Origin: Lama glama
Lineage: Eukaryota
DNA: 64,000 nucleotides
Direction of reading: 5' to 3'
NCBI GenBank assembly: GCA_028534125.1
Contig: CM052817.1
Location: 21,578,001-21,642,000 of the forward strand
Each line of letters starts with the position of its first letter. Position 1 is the stretch's first letter. Shown one piece after another: positions 27,095-39,060 of the stretch. The notes beneath the pieces are model-generated. The model ran no database searches and had not been told where the DNA came from. It saw nothing but the letters and a program-made list of their open reading frames with translations. Position numbers and translations under genes: made by a program.

Positions 27095-28520
27095 TTAACT
27101 CATTCACTTATCAAATATGCATTGAATGTCTATTCCATGCTAAACACATTTTTTTTAGAAACTGGGGATACAGTAGTGAATCAAGTCAGTAGAAAGGGAG
27201 TAAACTTAAAAAACAAAACAAATTAGAAAAATCAATAAATAAGCTAGGGATAAATGCTAATAAAAATGAGTAAAAAATTGTGTTTAATCATATACTCTTG
27301 CAGAAAATAATAATCCAAAAAACATAGTACTTTAAAAAAATCTATGTTATCATCTCATGCTTCTGCTGTATAACGGGGCTTCAACTGCCCAGTTCTCATG
27401 TGGACGTTACCAGCTGAAGTGGTAGTCATCTGGGAGATTCATTAGGCTGGGACAGTGCAAGATGGCTCACTCATAACATTGTTGCCTTAATAAAGACAGC
27501 TGAAAGGCTGCGATTAGCTGACCTGCCAGGGCCACTGGGCCTCTCACCCTTTCCATGTCGTCTCAGGGTCTTCCTACTCTACATAGTCCCTGTACATGAT
27601 CTATCCATGAGGTGTCTCTAGCAAGGAAAGCAGATTTCTTACGTGCGGCTCAGGCCTCCAGAAGTTCAAAAACAAAAGCTGGCAGGTCTTCTTAAGGTGT
27701 AGCCCCAAAACTGGTACAGTGTTACTTTTGCCACAATTTATTGGTTAAAGTGAGTCCCAGGGCCAAGCCAGATTCAATGACAGGGGATAACACAGGGCTT
27801 AAGTATTACAAAGTGTGGTTCCCTGGAGATTACCTTTGGCGGGGAGACACCTCACACAGAGTGATCAGAGAGTCCCCTTTAAGGATAGCACACCTGACCT
27901 GGGAGTCAAGTGAAGTTAGAAAGAGCCAGTTATGCAGCAGTGCACGCAGGAGGGAGAGCACTCAGCCAGAGGAAATGCAGGGTTACTAGATGAAAATCTG
28001 GTGCATCTGAAGAAATGACAGAAGTTGGAAGACCAGTGTGGCTTGTGTCAAAGCGAAGGAGGAGACAGTGATATAAAAGGAGTTTGGAGAGGAAGTCAGG
28101 ACTAAAATCATAAAGGGCTTTTCAGGCCTTGGTTAAAGTTGGGAAAAGTTCTAGAAAAAATGGAAAGTTAATAAAAAGTTTGGCTTTGGTTTAATTTCTT
28201 AAGTAGAGAAGTTGTATGATTTAAATATTATTCTTAAAAAGAAGATGAATTTACCTCTTGTGAAAGAATAAGAATTCTAACAAGAAAAAGAAGGGAAACA
28301 GGGAAAGAAATTAGGAGGTAACTGCCATAATCCAGACAGAAAGTGTTAGTGGCTTGACCTTGGGGGATCAGTAGGGATAAAGAGAACTAGAGACATCCAA
28401 AAAATATACTTTGGGGTTAAAGCCAACAATACTTGATGATGGATTGATACTGGAGGAGGAGGTTAGAAAAAGATCAAGGCACACAACTGGGTCTTTGGCT
28501 GGGTGAATAATGTGTGCTAT
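27095..28520 (-). mobile_element. L2 LINE (3' end at ~27095), split by an MLT1 LTR
   Basis: 'cattcacttatcaaatatgcattgaatgtctat...ctggggatacagtagtgaatcaag'; resumes ~27850 with antisense L2 text. Confidence 0.7.
27280..27840 (-). mobile_element. MaLR LTR (MLT1F/G/H-like)
   Basis: 'caagatggctcactcat...ttggttaaagtgagtcccagggccaagccagattcaa'. Confidence 0.7.
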
Positions 28521-28546
28521 TAAATGGTTCTGATAACCCTGGGGAA

Positions 28547-28980
28547 GTGTATTGGACATTTGGCATCCTAGCATTTTACCCCTTTCTATGGATGGAGAGA
28601 ATCCTGCCTTGAAAGTCTTGTCCTTCACTGGAAGCAGACTATGCCCAATATTTACTTTCCTCACCTCTGCCACAGTATAGGCATATGCCCTGAGAAGGCT
28701 TAAATAACGTGCCTCCAATTTATATCTAGTGATTTGAAGAAACTATGCAGCATAAATCCTCGGGAGCATGTTCAAAGCATCAGGAGCCATATCAAGTGAT
28801 GGAGGTGCAATTACTGTAGCAGAAGTAGGCAGTGTTTGACTTCAGGATAATTGACTCTGTAAATGGCATGGTGTGTCTCCAGCAGTGACAATGCAGACAT
28901 TTTCTAGACCATTCTGTGACATGATTTTGGACATGATAGCTGCTTGAGCTCTAGACCATGTGCTGTAGAATTTCCATAGA
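28547..28980 (+). mobile_element. ERVL LTR (LTR33-like)
   Basis: Starts tgtattggacatttggcatcc...; resembles the remembered LTR33-family consensus and directly precedes an ERVL pol relic. Confidence 0.55.
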
Positions 28981-28989
28981 GGGATGAGA

Positions 28990-31250
28990 GGCGTTTTGTT
29001 AAAACTCACTCACACAAATGATGGAAGATCAATCCCATGAACATGCCAGGCTCTTCAGTAAAGTTCCTGAGAGTGCAGTGATCTTGGTACAACATTATCA
29101 TATAAACTGCCAGGAGAAGCACAACTTGCTGCCTTTTGTTCTATCTACCACTAAGAATGAGGCACAATCCGTCTTTGGGTTTAAAAAGGAATCTGTATCA
29201 TAAAGCATGTTATTTCAACCCATTTTCCAGGTGAACAAAAGCCTTTGAATTTTGAGAGGGACAAAGAGTGAGAAGAAGATTCATACCTACGGTAGTGCAA
29301 ACAGCTCTACCACTTAGCCTTTAAAACCCAGACAGTACAATTATCTGCAGCATCTGAATGCTTGTGAAGACTGTATCGAGTCCCATTTGGATAATATGAG
29401 AATTCTTTGAGATTTTTCTCTTCTTTCAATTCTTACTGATGGAATATGCAGATGGCAGATGATGAAACCTGATCTCAACATGTAAGATACGTGTTATCCA
29501 TCCTAAGCTGAATGCTAATCTGATGCACAAACTCATAAAGTTTACCATCCTTTAACTATTAAGTGGAAGTTTATATATGAGACAACCCCAAGCAGTTATT
29601 GAAGACACAGGTGAGTAACCTGAGCAGATGGCTCATAATCTCTGTTGTCTATTTCTCCCGTTCTGCCAACTTTCTGATATCCTACAGTGTCACACGGAAT
29701 TCCCTGGGACTAGCTGACCAAGATAGAAAAAAAAAAAGAAAACTCACAGATGCTACTCTATGATATGCTTTCACTCAAGTAAGGCAGAATTCTATTTTGA
29801 TATTTTATCCTGAGTGGAGAGAATAAATGTCTCCAGTGAACAGAACTTAAGGTAGTACATCAAGATATACTCTCTGCTTAGAAAGCTAGACGGCTTGAGG
29901 TGAGGAAACATATAGCTACTTGAACAATGGCTAATATATGGCTAGAGAGTCAGAGACATGAAAGGAGCAGTTTTAGGAAATTAATAGTTAAGAAGTTAGA
30001 GGAAGGGCTATGTTATGGTTTGAAATTTATTCACCCAAAAGATGCTGAAGTAATATATGAGGTACCTGTGACCATGATTGTCTTTGGAAATAAAATCCTT
30101 GCAAATGATCATGTAAAGATGAGGTCATTAGGGTGGGACCTAATCCAATATGACTGGTGTCTTTATGAAAGGAGGACATTTGGACACAGATTCAGACACA
30201 CATGCAGGAAGAAGGCAGAGAATGGAGTGACACATCTACAACCCATGGAACTCCAAAGGATGTCAACAAATCACCAGAAGTTGGGAAGAGAGACGAGGAA
30301 CAGATCCTCCCTCACACTCTTAGGAGAAACAACCTGGCTAATACCTTGATCTCAAACTTCAAGTCTCCAGAAATGTAAAATAGTAATTTTCTATTGTTGA
30401 AACCATCTAGTTTATGGTACTTTGTTACAACAGCCCTCAGAAGCCAACACTGTCTATATGGATGTACCTCCCAAGGAGTAGTCCTCAGTGTGAGCATATT
30501 CATGGCATGTAAACAAAGCTCAAGAGATTGACACTGTGGAGGAAGTCACAACTGATCATGAGGACAATTTGATTTTCTCTATGGGTATATACTTTTGAAA
30601 TTTCAGCTCCAATATTTAATCAACAGAGTCAAGAAAAATGTGGTCACGTGGTACATGAACTTTCCTCCCATAAAGCTGACTTGGCATCTGCTAAATGTAC
30701 TGTATGACAGCAAAGATCAATACAGAGCTCTCACAGTGGCACCATAATCCAGAGACACAGGCCAGTCACTTGGTGGTAGGTTTATTACATTTGAACCCCC
30801 TTCTGCCGTGGATGAGGGAAACATTTTATTTTTATTTAACTACTTATTCTGACAAAATATTCAGTTTATTTGCCAGTCATATTTTTGTAGCACTACCTCT
30901 GTGGACTTGCTGAATGCTATATTAATCATCATAAAACTCTACACGACACTGTAGTGTTAGAGATAAGATTAATGGCTGAGGCCCACAGAATTCTCTGGTC
31001 TTCTCATGTGCCATGTTACCAGCAGCCTTACTGCAAACTCAGTGTTAGGGTCAGCTAGGAATCAACTTGCTTTGATGGACTGAACAGCCTCTTATCCCTC
31101 TGTTAAAATTTGGAGAATCCTCCCCTTTTAAGAAATCAAGCTTATTTTCACTTACAGATGTTTCTTGCCCTTCTAAAAGCCCCTGCAGCCAGATCAGCGG
31201 CATATGCCTTGGAATTACCAATGAGACACATTCATGGTTGGCTGGGTGTC
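28990..31250 (+). mobile_element. Decayed ERVL internal region (pol: RT end, RNase H, integrase)
   Basis: Colinear degenerate matches to ERVL Pol: STTKNEAQ.VFGF (cf. PTTKKEAQ..GLFGF) ~29150; IKW ~29560; GENKCLQ*TELKVVH (cf. GEGKSSQWAELRAVH) ~29820; KADLA..CTV*QQ..VTWW*VYYI (cf. KADLA..CPICQQ..ATWWQVDYI) ~30670-30790; WAEAHRILWSSHVP-like ~30970. Confidence 0.8.
30011..30451 (+). mobile_element. MaLR LTR (MLT1B/C-like) inserted in ERVL RNase H
   Basis: 'tgttatggtttgaa...gatgaggtcattagggtgggacctaatccaatatgactggtgtcttt...ggtactttgttacaacagccc'; near-TSD ggcta/gtcta. Confidence 0.9.
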
Positions 31251-31719
31251 AGAATCTACTGATTCAAATAAACAAAATGGCATAAAATCTATTACAACAA
31301 AGAAAGGGCAATCAGGAGTAATTTCTAAAGTGTGTATTGGGCATATCTCTGGTATAAGCCCTGGGGCTCTGCAGTTCCTCTAGAAGCATAGTTCTCCTCT
31401 GTTAATGATGCCTAGGATGGAAGACTAGATTTACTAATGTTATGCATCCTTTGTCATTTGTCTTCCATCATATCAGATCTTTCAAAATTAGGAGATATTT
31501 TCAGAGGTGACAATATGCTCCCTATTACAAAAGTTAACCTTCACTCATCCTTATCATGACTACCACCATCAAAGAAAATAGACTATTTGATGTTATAAAT
31601 ATTAGTTTATCAACAACCAACCAAATGATTCTGAATCTGATGTTAATTAGTGGCATTGATTAAGAATTTTGAAAATAGTCTAAATCCATAAACCAATTTT
31701 GACAACAAGAGAAACAACA

Positions 31720-31960
31720 GAGTTTAATATCTAAAAGAGTGGCTTCTAAAGCCAAAACACCTGGGTTCAAATCCTAGTTACACCTCTTAATTATTTTATT
31801 ACCTTTGCCAAGTTTCTTGTGCCTCAATGCTTCCATCTCTAAAATGGGGATAAGAATTACACAAACATTATGGGAGTGTTAATAAGATTAAACATTAAAA
31901 TACCAGTAACTTTTTCAAGAAATGTCTAGTTCATAATAAGCAATGTATATTATCTATTTA
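31720..31960 (+). mobile_element. MIR SINE
   Basis: 'cctgggttcaaatcctag...gtgcctcaatgcttccatctctaaaatggggataag'. Confidence 0.8.
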
Positions 31961-32999
31961 CATTACTAATTAATTTAAATAAATCCATTAAAGCATCTCT
32001 AAGGGAGGAAAATAATGTTATTAAAATTTTATTGTAAGTCCTGAAAAGTCAACTATTCCTGCTGAAACATTTTTATTAGCATAACTCCAATCACTTAATT
32101 TGACTCAGGGAAGAGGACACATGCACTACCTCTCACTCTATAGTGGAGGAAATGCTGATATGAGCAGAGCTGTCCCAACCGTAGCTAGGGTTAACTCTCC
32201 TACTCTACTGCCAATAAAAAAGACAAACAGAAAAATCCCATCTGTCCATATGACAAGTCCAAAATCAGACACCTGCGTGGCAAATGTGCGTAGCAATGAG
32301 TATCACAGATGCTCTATATTTAGTACAAACCATATGCTCGATGATTTACTTAAATTGAATTGGGAGGATGATCCACTATAGAAAAAGTCCACAGAGCAAT
32401 TAAGGAACAACATGTTTTGCTGCTCTCATCTCATCTTCCCTCTTTTAGTCCCAGATGTTACGAGCACTACAGAGACATTAGTCAGTTTGTTAATTTATTG
32501 TCAGATTGTTAAGGGTTTATGAAGATTTTGACCCATTTTGCTACATCCGTTTTGGCAGCAAGATTAATTTAATTATAACTGTCTTAGGGAGAAAAGGAAC
32601 ACAGTAGGATATCAGATGTTACATTTGAATGGCTGGGTACTTCCACCAGACACTGCAAGCATTTGTGTGTTCCCAATCTTCACGTGTGCGACTGTCTGGA
32701 GAACAGAAGAAATAAAGGCAGCCAGCAGTTATGTACATTTCCTAAATGACATTACCTGCTTCCTCAACCCTTACATCTCTAAAGGGAGGTCCATAAATTT
32801 CCCAGACTTCCAGTAGCTCTAGTATTTTATTAAAGCCCTTTTCATCTGTGTATTGTATTCCTACGTTCTAAAAGTTGTAACTTAATATTTAGAAAATTTA
32901 AAAAATGATTGAAATTCTAGCCCAGGCCATTGGTAGAATTCTTCCAACAAAATGTGGTTCCCTTTTTCACACTGATTTGAAAGGAAAACCCATGGTGTA

Positions 33000-33350
33000 G
33001 GTTTCACCCTACGTTAGCCCACTGCAAAATATGTTGATACAGTGACGTTGTTTAGACATAGACTCCTTGAGCCAAGATTTCCTCATCTAATAATGAGGAT
33101 ATTCTACAACCACAATAGTTGAAAGGATTATTGTACTGATTTAAAAAGAATAACATGTATAAAATAATATGACAATGAGCAATACTGTATTGAGATTACT
33201 TTTTTTTTCATGTTTCTTCACATCATTTCTCCAGCTAGACTACAGTCTCTAAAAAGATAGAGAATATGCTATAGATACTAACATGGTATTAATACAGACC
33301 TGGGACCTAGTAAGCACGCATCAAATACATCTTGAATTGAACTGAATTCT
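33000..33350 (+). mobile_element. MIR followed by an L2 3' end
   Basis: 'tttcctcatctaataatgaggata'; 'gacctgggacctagtaagcacgcatcaaatacatcttgaattgaactgaat'. Confidence 0.65.
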
Positions 33351-33481
33351 ACTGACTTAAATACTCTATGTAAAGGAGAGCCGCCAGGTACAAAATACAA
33401 AACTCAAAAAGAAAATACTGGTCAAATAACTCACATGATAATAATCAAATAATTTGGAGGAAAATTATATAAATATACTTG

Positions 33482-33670
33482 GCATGGTTCTCAAAATGTG
33501 TTCTCCAGACCAGCAACAGCAGGATCACCTGGGAAGTTGTTAGAAAACCTGCAAATCCTCAACCCCACCTCTGACCTAGTGACTCAGAAATCCTGAGGGT
33601 AGAGCCACACAATCTGTTCTAACAAGCTCTCCAGCTGATCCCGCTGCATGGCGAAGTGTGAGACGTACTA
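33482..33670. mobile_element. MER5A hAT-Charlie MITE
   Basis: 'tggttctcaaaatgtgttctccagaccagcaacagcaggatcacctgggaagttgttagaaa...aagtgtgagacgtact'. Confidence 0.9.
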
Positions 33671-33864
33671 ATCTAAACAATAACGGTAGGTTGGAAATCC
33701 TTGTTTTTGTGATTGTATAGAATCTCCTTCAGGAGTGTGGGGGTATGAGGACCATCATTATTCCATAAGAACAATCTAAGCACCATACTTTAGTGAAGGA
33801 ACTATACTGAAATCCATGTGGGGAAAAAAAAATCCAAAAGAGAGTCTTAACTCCCTAGTGCAGG

Positions 33865-34032
33865 CAGCACTTCTCCAATAGAACTTCCTGCAATGATGGA
33901 AGTACTCTATATCTGTGCCATCGAACTGAAATGTACCTAATGTGACTGAGAAACTGAATTTTAATGATTTATAATGTTAATAATTTCAATTTAAACACGT
34001 GTGGCTATTGGCTACCATATTAGACAGCACAG
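33865..34032. mobile_element. MER3 hAT-Charlie MITE (internally deleted)
   Basis: 'tccaatagaacttcctgcaatgatggaa...atgtgactgagaaactgaatttt...gtggctattggctaccatattagacagcacag'. Confidence 0.9.
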
Positions 34033-36910
34033 ATGCAGTGGATCTTTCTCTAATGAAGGCTGTTAATGCATGAAGATCTTGACTTTGGATAAAATGGGAT
34101 TTTTTTTAATGAAATGAAGTATAGTGAGAGTGTTAAATTCTAAAGAAAGTGACATTTGGGTTGGGCCTTGGTGAATGGGATAGAATATCAAAAGATGAAA
34201 ATTGGAGAGATTAAATGCAGAGACCATGACATACTAGAAAAATGCAGTGGAACACAAGCTGCAGAAATTGCCCAAATTGGTTTGTGTACAAAATACATGT
34301 TGTGAAATTGTGGAAAATAAGGATGAAAACTTCGCTGCATCCAGAATATGAGAGGCTATAAAGTTTGGGGTTTATTCCCTATTCTTTAAAAAGTCCTGAA
34401 TGTTTCAGGCAAAGTAATAATGGAATTGGGAAGATGTTTAATTGCATAGAATGCATTAAGTGACAGAAGAAAACAAGAAACAAGGCAGAAGACCCAGTGA
34501 AGTGTATTTTGGGGGCAGTAAAACAGTACTTCTTTAGCCATGTTTCAGTTTAACTAAACTACTGAATACCTATTATAAATCCAGCATATAATAATACACT
34601 AATTATCAATGTTTATGAAATTGTCTACTTAAGCGAATTTTTAGATCTCCCATTAGACGATCTAAATTAGAATCTCCAAGTGTAGGGCCCAGGAATTTGC
34701 AAAATATTCAGCAAATTCAGTGGCGATTTTTAGAGCACATTTTAGAACTACTGGGAAAGTGATAAATAATAAGAACTTGACTTAGATGGATCACGTATAT
34801 AGTTAAGTAAACATTTAGTGATTTGGTTGCAATGTTTGCTGACCTGTGACTTGGACTGATTGTGACTTATACTGGTTTTAACGTCTCTGTTTCTCTGCTG
34901 TACCATCCTCATAAGATTAATCAGCTCTGAAAACCAGCTGTGTGAGCTTTTAAACCTATGGGGTCATACAAAGTGACATGTCAGATTAAGTCAGCGATCT
35001 CTACAGTGTAGCCTGAAATCACTTTCGCCTGGAGCAGCCAGTTAATTTAGGAAAGGGAATTGGGTGTTAAACTGTTTAAATGATCACTTCAGCTTGGTGC
35101 ATTGCTATGTGGTCAGATACCTCCCAAATGCGTATCCGCAATAAGTTCCCATTCTCCATTTGGCAGTTTTAGGGGTCATTATCCTATACTCCCCTTGTAG
35201 TCGGGACTGCCCTTCTTATTAGGAGGTGATGCTCTGTGGAACAACTTTCTATACTCCTTTTTATGGGAGAATGGCCCTAAAACAGTAAAATGAATGCATG
35301 TCCAGTCCTTTCTGATTGTATAGATAGTTAAGACTACGTAAAAAGAAGTAGTTTCTTGTATTCCTTTTATACAAGAAATACCTTGTATAACTCATATCCT
35401 ATTAAATAATACCAAAGGATTTATAACAAAGAGAAATATTTTCTTATATTTATATCCCTTGCAGCCCATTGAGACTCCAACTGATTATGAGCATGCAGTT
35501 CAACTCAGTAAGGAAAATGTAGTGGGAACAAAATTCTAAATATGATGCTGATGGAGACAAGGTCTATTGCCCCATAGGCCTTTATTTGATTATAATTATA
35601 GTTGGATGCCAAAATCATGATGCTGCAGCAACAAGCCTGTTAGTGGCAGTGATTCCAAGTGTGTCAAGGACAGCAGTAAACAAAGTGAGGGAGTCACTTC
35701 TTCCTACTCAGCCACACTGCAAAAGCTTGTGCTGTTTGCAACCTTCATTTTGAAGGTAAGTGATTGAATTGTGAAACATGAACTTTCTCCTGACTTCATT
35801 TTACCAGTGATGAGTTCTATTTCCTGCCTGTTGAAGTAACTTATGTTAATATACTGCTTTTGATACATGAAATGAGAGGAATGGACACACTTTATAAAAA
35901 CAGATATACATCCCCACTTGGCTTACTAAATGCTGTTCCTCCTACCTGATGCAATTGATTAACAGTGAAATACCAGCATTCATTGGGAAACTCTAAGCAC
36001 TGTAAATTTCTCTGGTCCTATGGTGTGTTAAAGATTTTCTTCCTATAATTTAATTTTGTTTGATAACTATTTTCATATTGCTTTTGTATCATGAAGCTAA
36101 AAACTTGAGAATCTGCAGCCAGAAAATAATATAATAACAAACATTTACATTCCATATGTGGATGTTTATAAAAACTTAAAGACTGCTAGGAGCGTCTTCC
36201 ATTTTTAATTATAATCATGGAAGTGAAAACTGCTCAGTTTTTCTGTGAAGAAATACTTTATTATGCAATGAGATAGTTTTTAAAAACATAATGCTAGTCA
36301 ACTGTTACCATTTTTTAATACAACTCTATGGTTACTCTGCAATTTTATAGCTCAAGTATAATGTTCAGTGCAAAATAATTCACATTATAATAACAATGGA
36401 GTTTTGCAAAAAGGTCCATATAAACCTACTGAATAATAAAACAGCAAGTTGACTATGTTCTACTGGACTTTTAAATATAACTTAATAGTGTTCTTTTCTA
36501 AGATTTTTTTTTCTTTATGGTTGAAACTGCTGGGCCCTGTGAAACAGAGAAAGATGCTCTTTTTCCATCATTCTAGTGCACTATGTTTTATACATAGTCA
36601 GTTAACAGTCGTGATGTTTTTACGTATAGCCATCCTCCCAATCACCCAATCACCCACTTCTTAAAAGTTAGGGCAAATCTCACGTCTTAAAAATGAAGCT
36701 GACTTGCACAATAATAATGACCCACTCATTTTAACCTGTACACTTATATCCATTTTATAAGAGCAACAGGGTAAGCTCAGCTTTGACTACAAATAAAATT
36801 TAATAAGTAAATCTGACATATGAAATTAGTTGTGTACATCTAATCTTGCATACCTGGTAAAAATGTTTAAAATGATTGTAACTGGAACCACTTTTACAAA
36901 TAAAGCTGTT

Positions 36911-36954
<44 letters not shown>
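36911..36954. repeat. (TCTA)11 perfect tetranucleotide microsatellite
   Basis: Directly visible. Confidence 0.97.
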
Positions 36955-36992
36955 CAATATGATAATTAACAATGAAATATGCAGAAATGAAC

Positions 36993-37316
36993 CTTAAATT
37001 TAGATATCACAAAACCTTGAGACAATTCAGTAGGGGTTACTATTTTCTTGGTTTCTTCTTTCCAGACTCCCAATACACCTTCCTCCCCAAATTGTTGATC
37101 CAGTGTCTGCTTTTTGTCTTCACTTAATCTACTTCTTCTAAGTTCCTGGCACCTGGTATATGTGAGTTCTAGGGGGCCAAATCCAATAGGAGTTCTGTAA
37201 CCCCAAGTCTCCCCAGTACTAATGAGGCAATGTTGAGAGTGCAGCAATGGGGTGTGGTGTATCTGGTAAACCCTAGATGAGCATTCAAGGGAGGTAGGCC
37301 ACCAGGCCATTTTGTA
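36993..37316 (-). pseudogene. Candidate large exon of a decayed minus-strand gene
   Basis: Acceptor catcccttgctag|; 108 open codons (YKMAWWPTSLEC...QGFVISKFK); phase-0 start matches the preceding candidate exon; donor weak (AAG|gttcat). Confidence 0.45.
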
Positions 37317-37995
37317 CTAGCAAGGGATGATGATGTTGGGAGTTCAGTGGCCTTATATTTTATTAGGTAAGGCAGGAAAATGAGCTCTGGTTTCTGGAAA
37401 GATTAAAAAATTCATTAAGTCCCATAAAATAACAAAAGTCCAGGAATATATTTTAAAGATTGATGTATGAAAAAGCAGAAAATACAGTGAGCACTGAGAA
37501 GAAGGAGAAAATTTGGTTCAAAGTTCTCAGGAAAGTGTGATAGAATGAGACTGATGCAAAGGTGGGATTTAAATGTTCTGGAGGAAAGGTAGTCTCTTAA
37601 TGGACATAACTTTTTGCTAGATACTGTATAAATTTTACCATTTTCCCAACATTTATATGTCAGTGGTTAATGAATACACATGTTTGTAAAATAACATGGA
37701 GGTAACCATGTAATGAACAGCACTATTAGTAGTGAGGACTGAAAAGCAACAGCTTTAATTCCTTAAGAAAATTGAAATGAATTTTTTAATGAAGCATACA
37801 TGAATTAAAAGACCCAACTTTCCATTAGAGACAAATTTCCTCTAGGGAGTTCCTTAGCTACTCAGAAAAACAGTAGGGACTTTAGGGCACAGAAATGCTA
37901 CACTACACATGTGCTTCAGAAATTGAGATTCCTATCCAACAACCATTTGCTTTTCTAGGGGAAAAAAAAAAATCAGACGAATTAACTATTGTTAC

Positions 37996-38341
37996 TTGTC
38001 TTATGTTGCTTTCCTTGCTGCTTAGACCTGAATATAGTTCATAAAGTCTTCAAAAGAAACCCAAGGAAATGGAATATGTCCTTTCTTTTTCAACATATGG
38101 ATTCGACTCTTGAGTACGGGAATTGTATTTTATATCTGGTTTGGAACTCAGTTCTTGAGAGCTGAACATAATCATCCTTAATCCTTTTGGCTGCTTACTT
38201 ATTACTTTGAAGAGTGGGGAGAAAGGTGCCTCTATTGCATTTGCTCTCCAATCTCTGCTTCTTTCAAGAGTGCAGGTGAATAATCTATATTTCAAAGAAA
38301 GATGACCTTTACTTGATTTAACGGAATCTCTCTTTCAATAT
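37996..38341 (-). pseudogene. Candidate large exon of a decayed minus-strand gene
   Basis: Strong acceptor ctttctcatttcag|, donor CAA|gtaaca; 346 nt, phase 2 to 0; 115 codons with only two stops, both TGA (38335-37, 38050-52). Confidence 0.5.
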
Positions 38342-38929
38342 CTGAAATGAGAAAGTGATTAAAGCTTTGGTTGATAGGCAAGATGTATTTTAGGAATAGA
38401 TAAGCATAAAGGTCAGACACTGTCAGAAAGGATTTTGACTTTCTTTAATATTTAAGTACTTCATATGAATCAGGGATTATGCATTAATAGTATATTTTTA
38501 AGTTTGATTAAAAATCCTGCATTTTTGTATAGTTCGAAATTGGTTTCTGACATAAAGTAAAGATATTGGGCATGGTGGGAATATTTTTGTTGGGATTTTC
38601 ATGGATACTGGATTTATTCTGTTCTTATAAGACTATAGGAAAATGGCCATTTAGCACACTGCTTTGGATATTTTAAAATTCTGTTTGACATATTCCTAAA
38701 TTGTAATTAATTTAAATGTTTAATAGCCATGTTTTGAATGTCACCTATATTCAAGGAATTTTTCTCAACAAATTAATAGGAAAACATATATCTCACATTT
38801 AATGAGGTCTCACTAGATATTGATTTCCTAGGTGCTTTATGTATCAATTAATTTAATATGCACCTATACCATTTGATCCATAGTGAAAGTTTATTGAAAG
38901 AATGAATGAAGAACTTTATAAAGCAGTTT

Positions 38930-39060
38930 TTTACTAGCCCCATTTTATAGATGAGAATTATGTGACCCAGAGAAGTTAAATAGTTTGCCCAAGACAAGAA
39001 AGTGATGGATGTGGGCTTCAACATAGGTCTTAAGCTATACCCTAAGTTCCTACCCATGAT
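38930..39060 (-). mobile_element. MIR SINE
   Basis: 'cccattttatagatgagaa...cccagagaagttaaatagtttgcccaag'. Confidence 0.8.

Noticed and set aside
29927..30349. 140-aa plus-strand ORF
   Set aside because: Chance read-through from the ERVL RNase H relic into an MLT1 LTR
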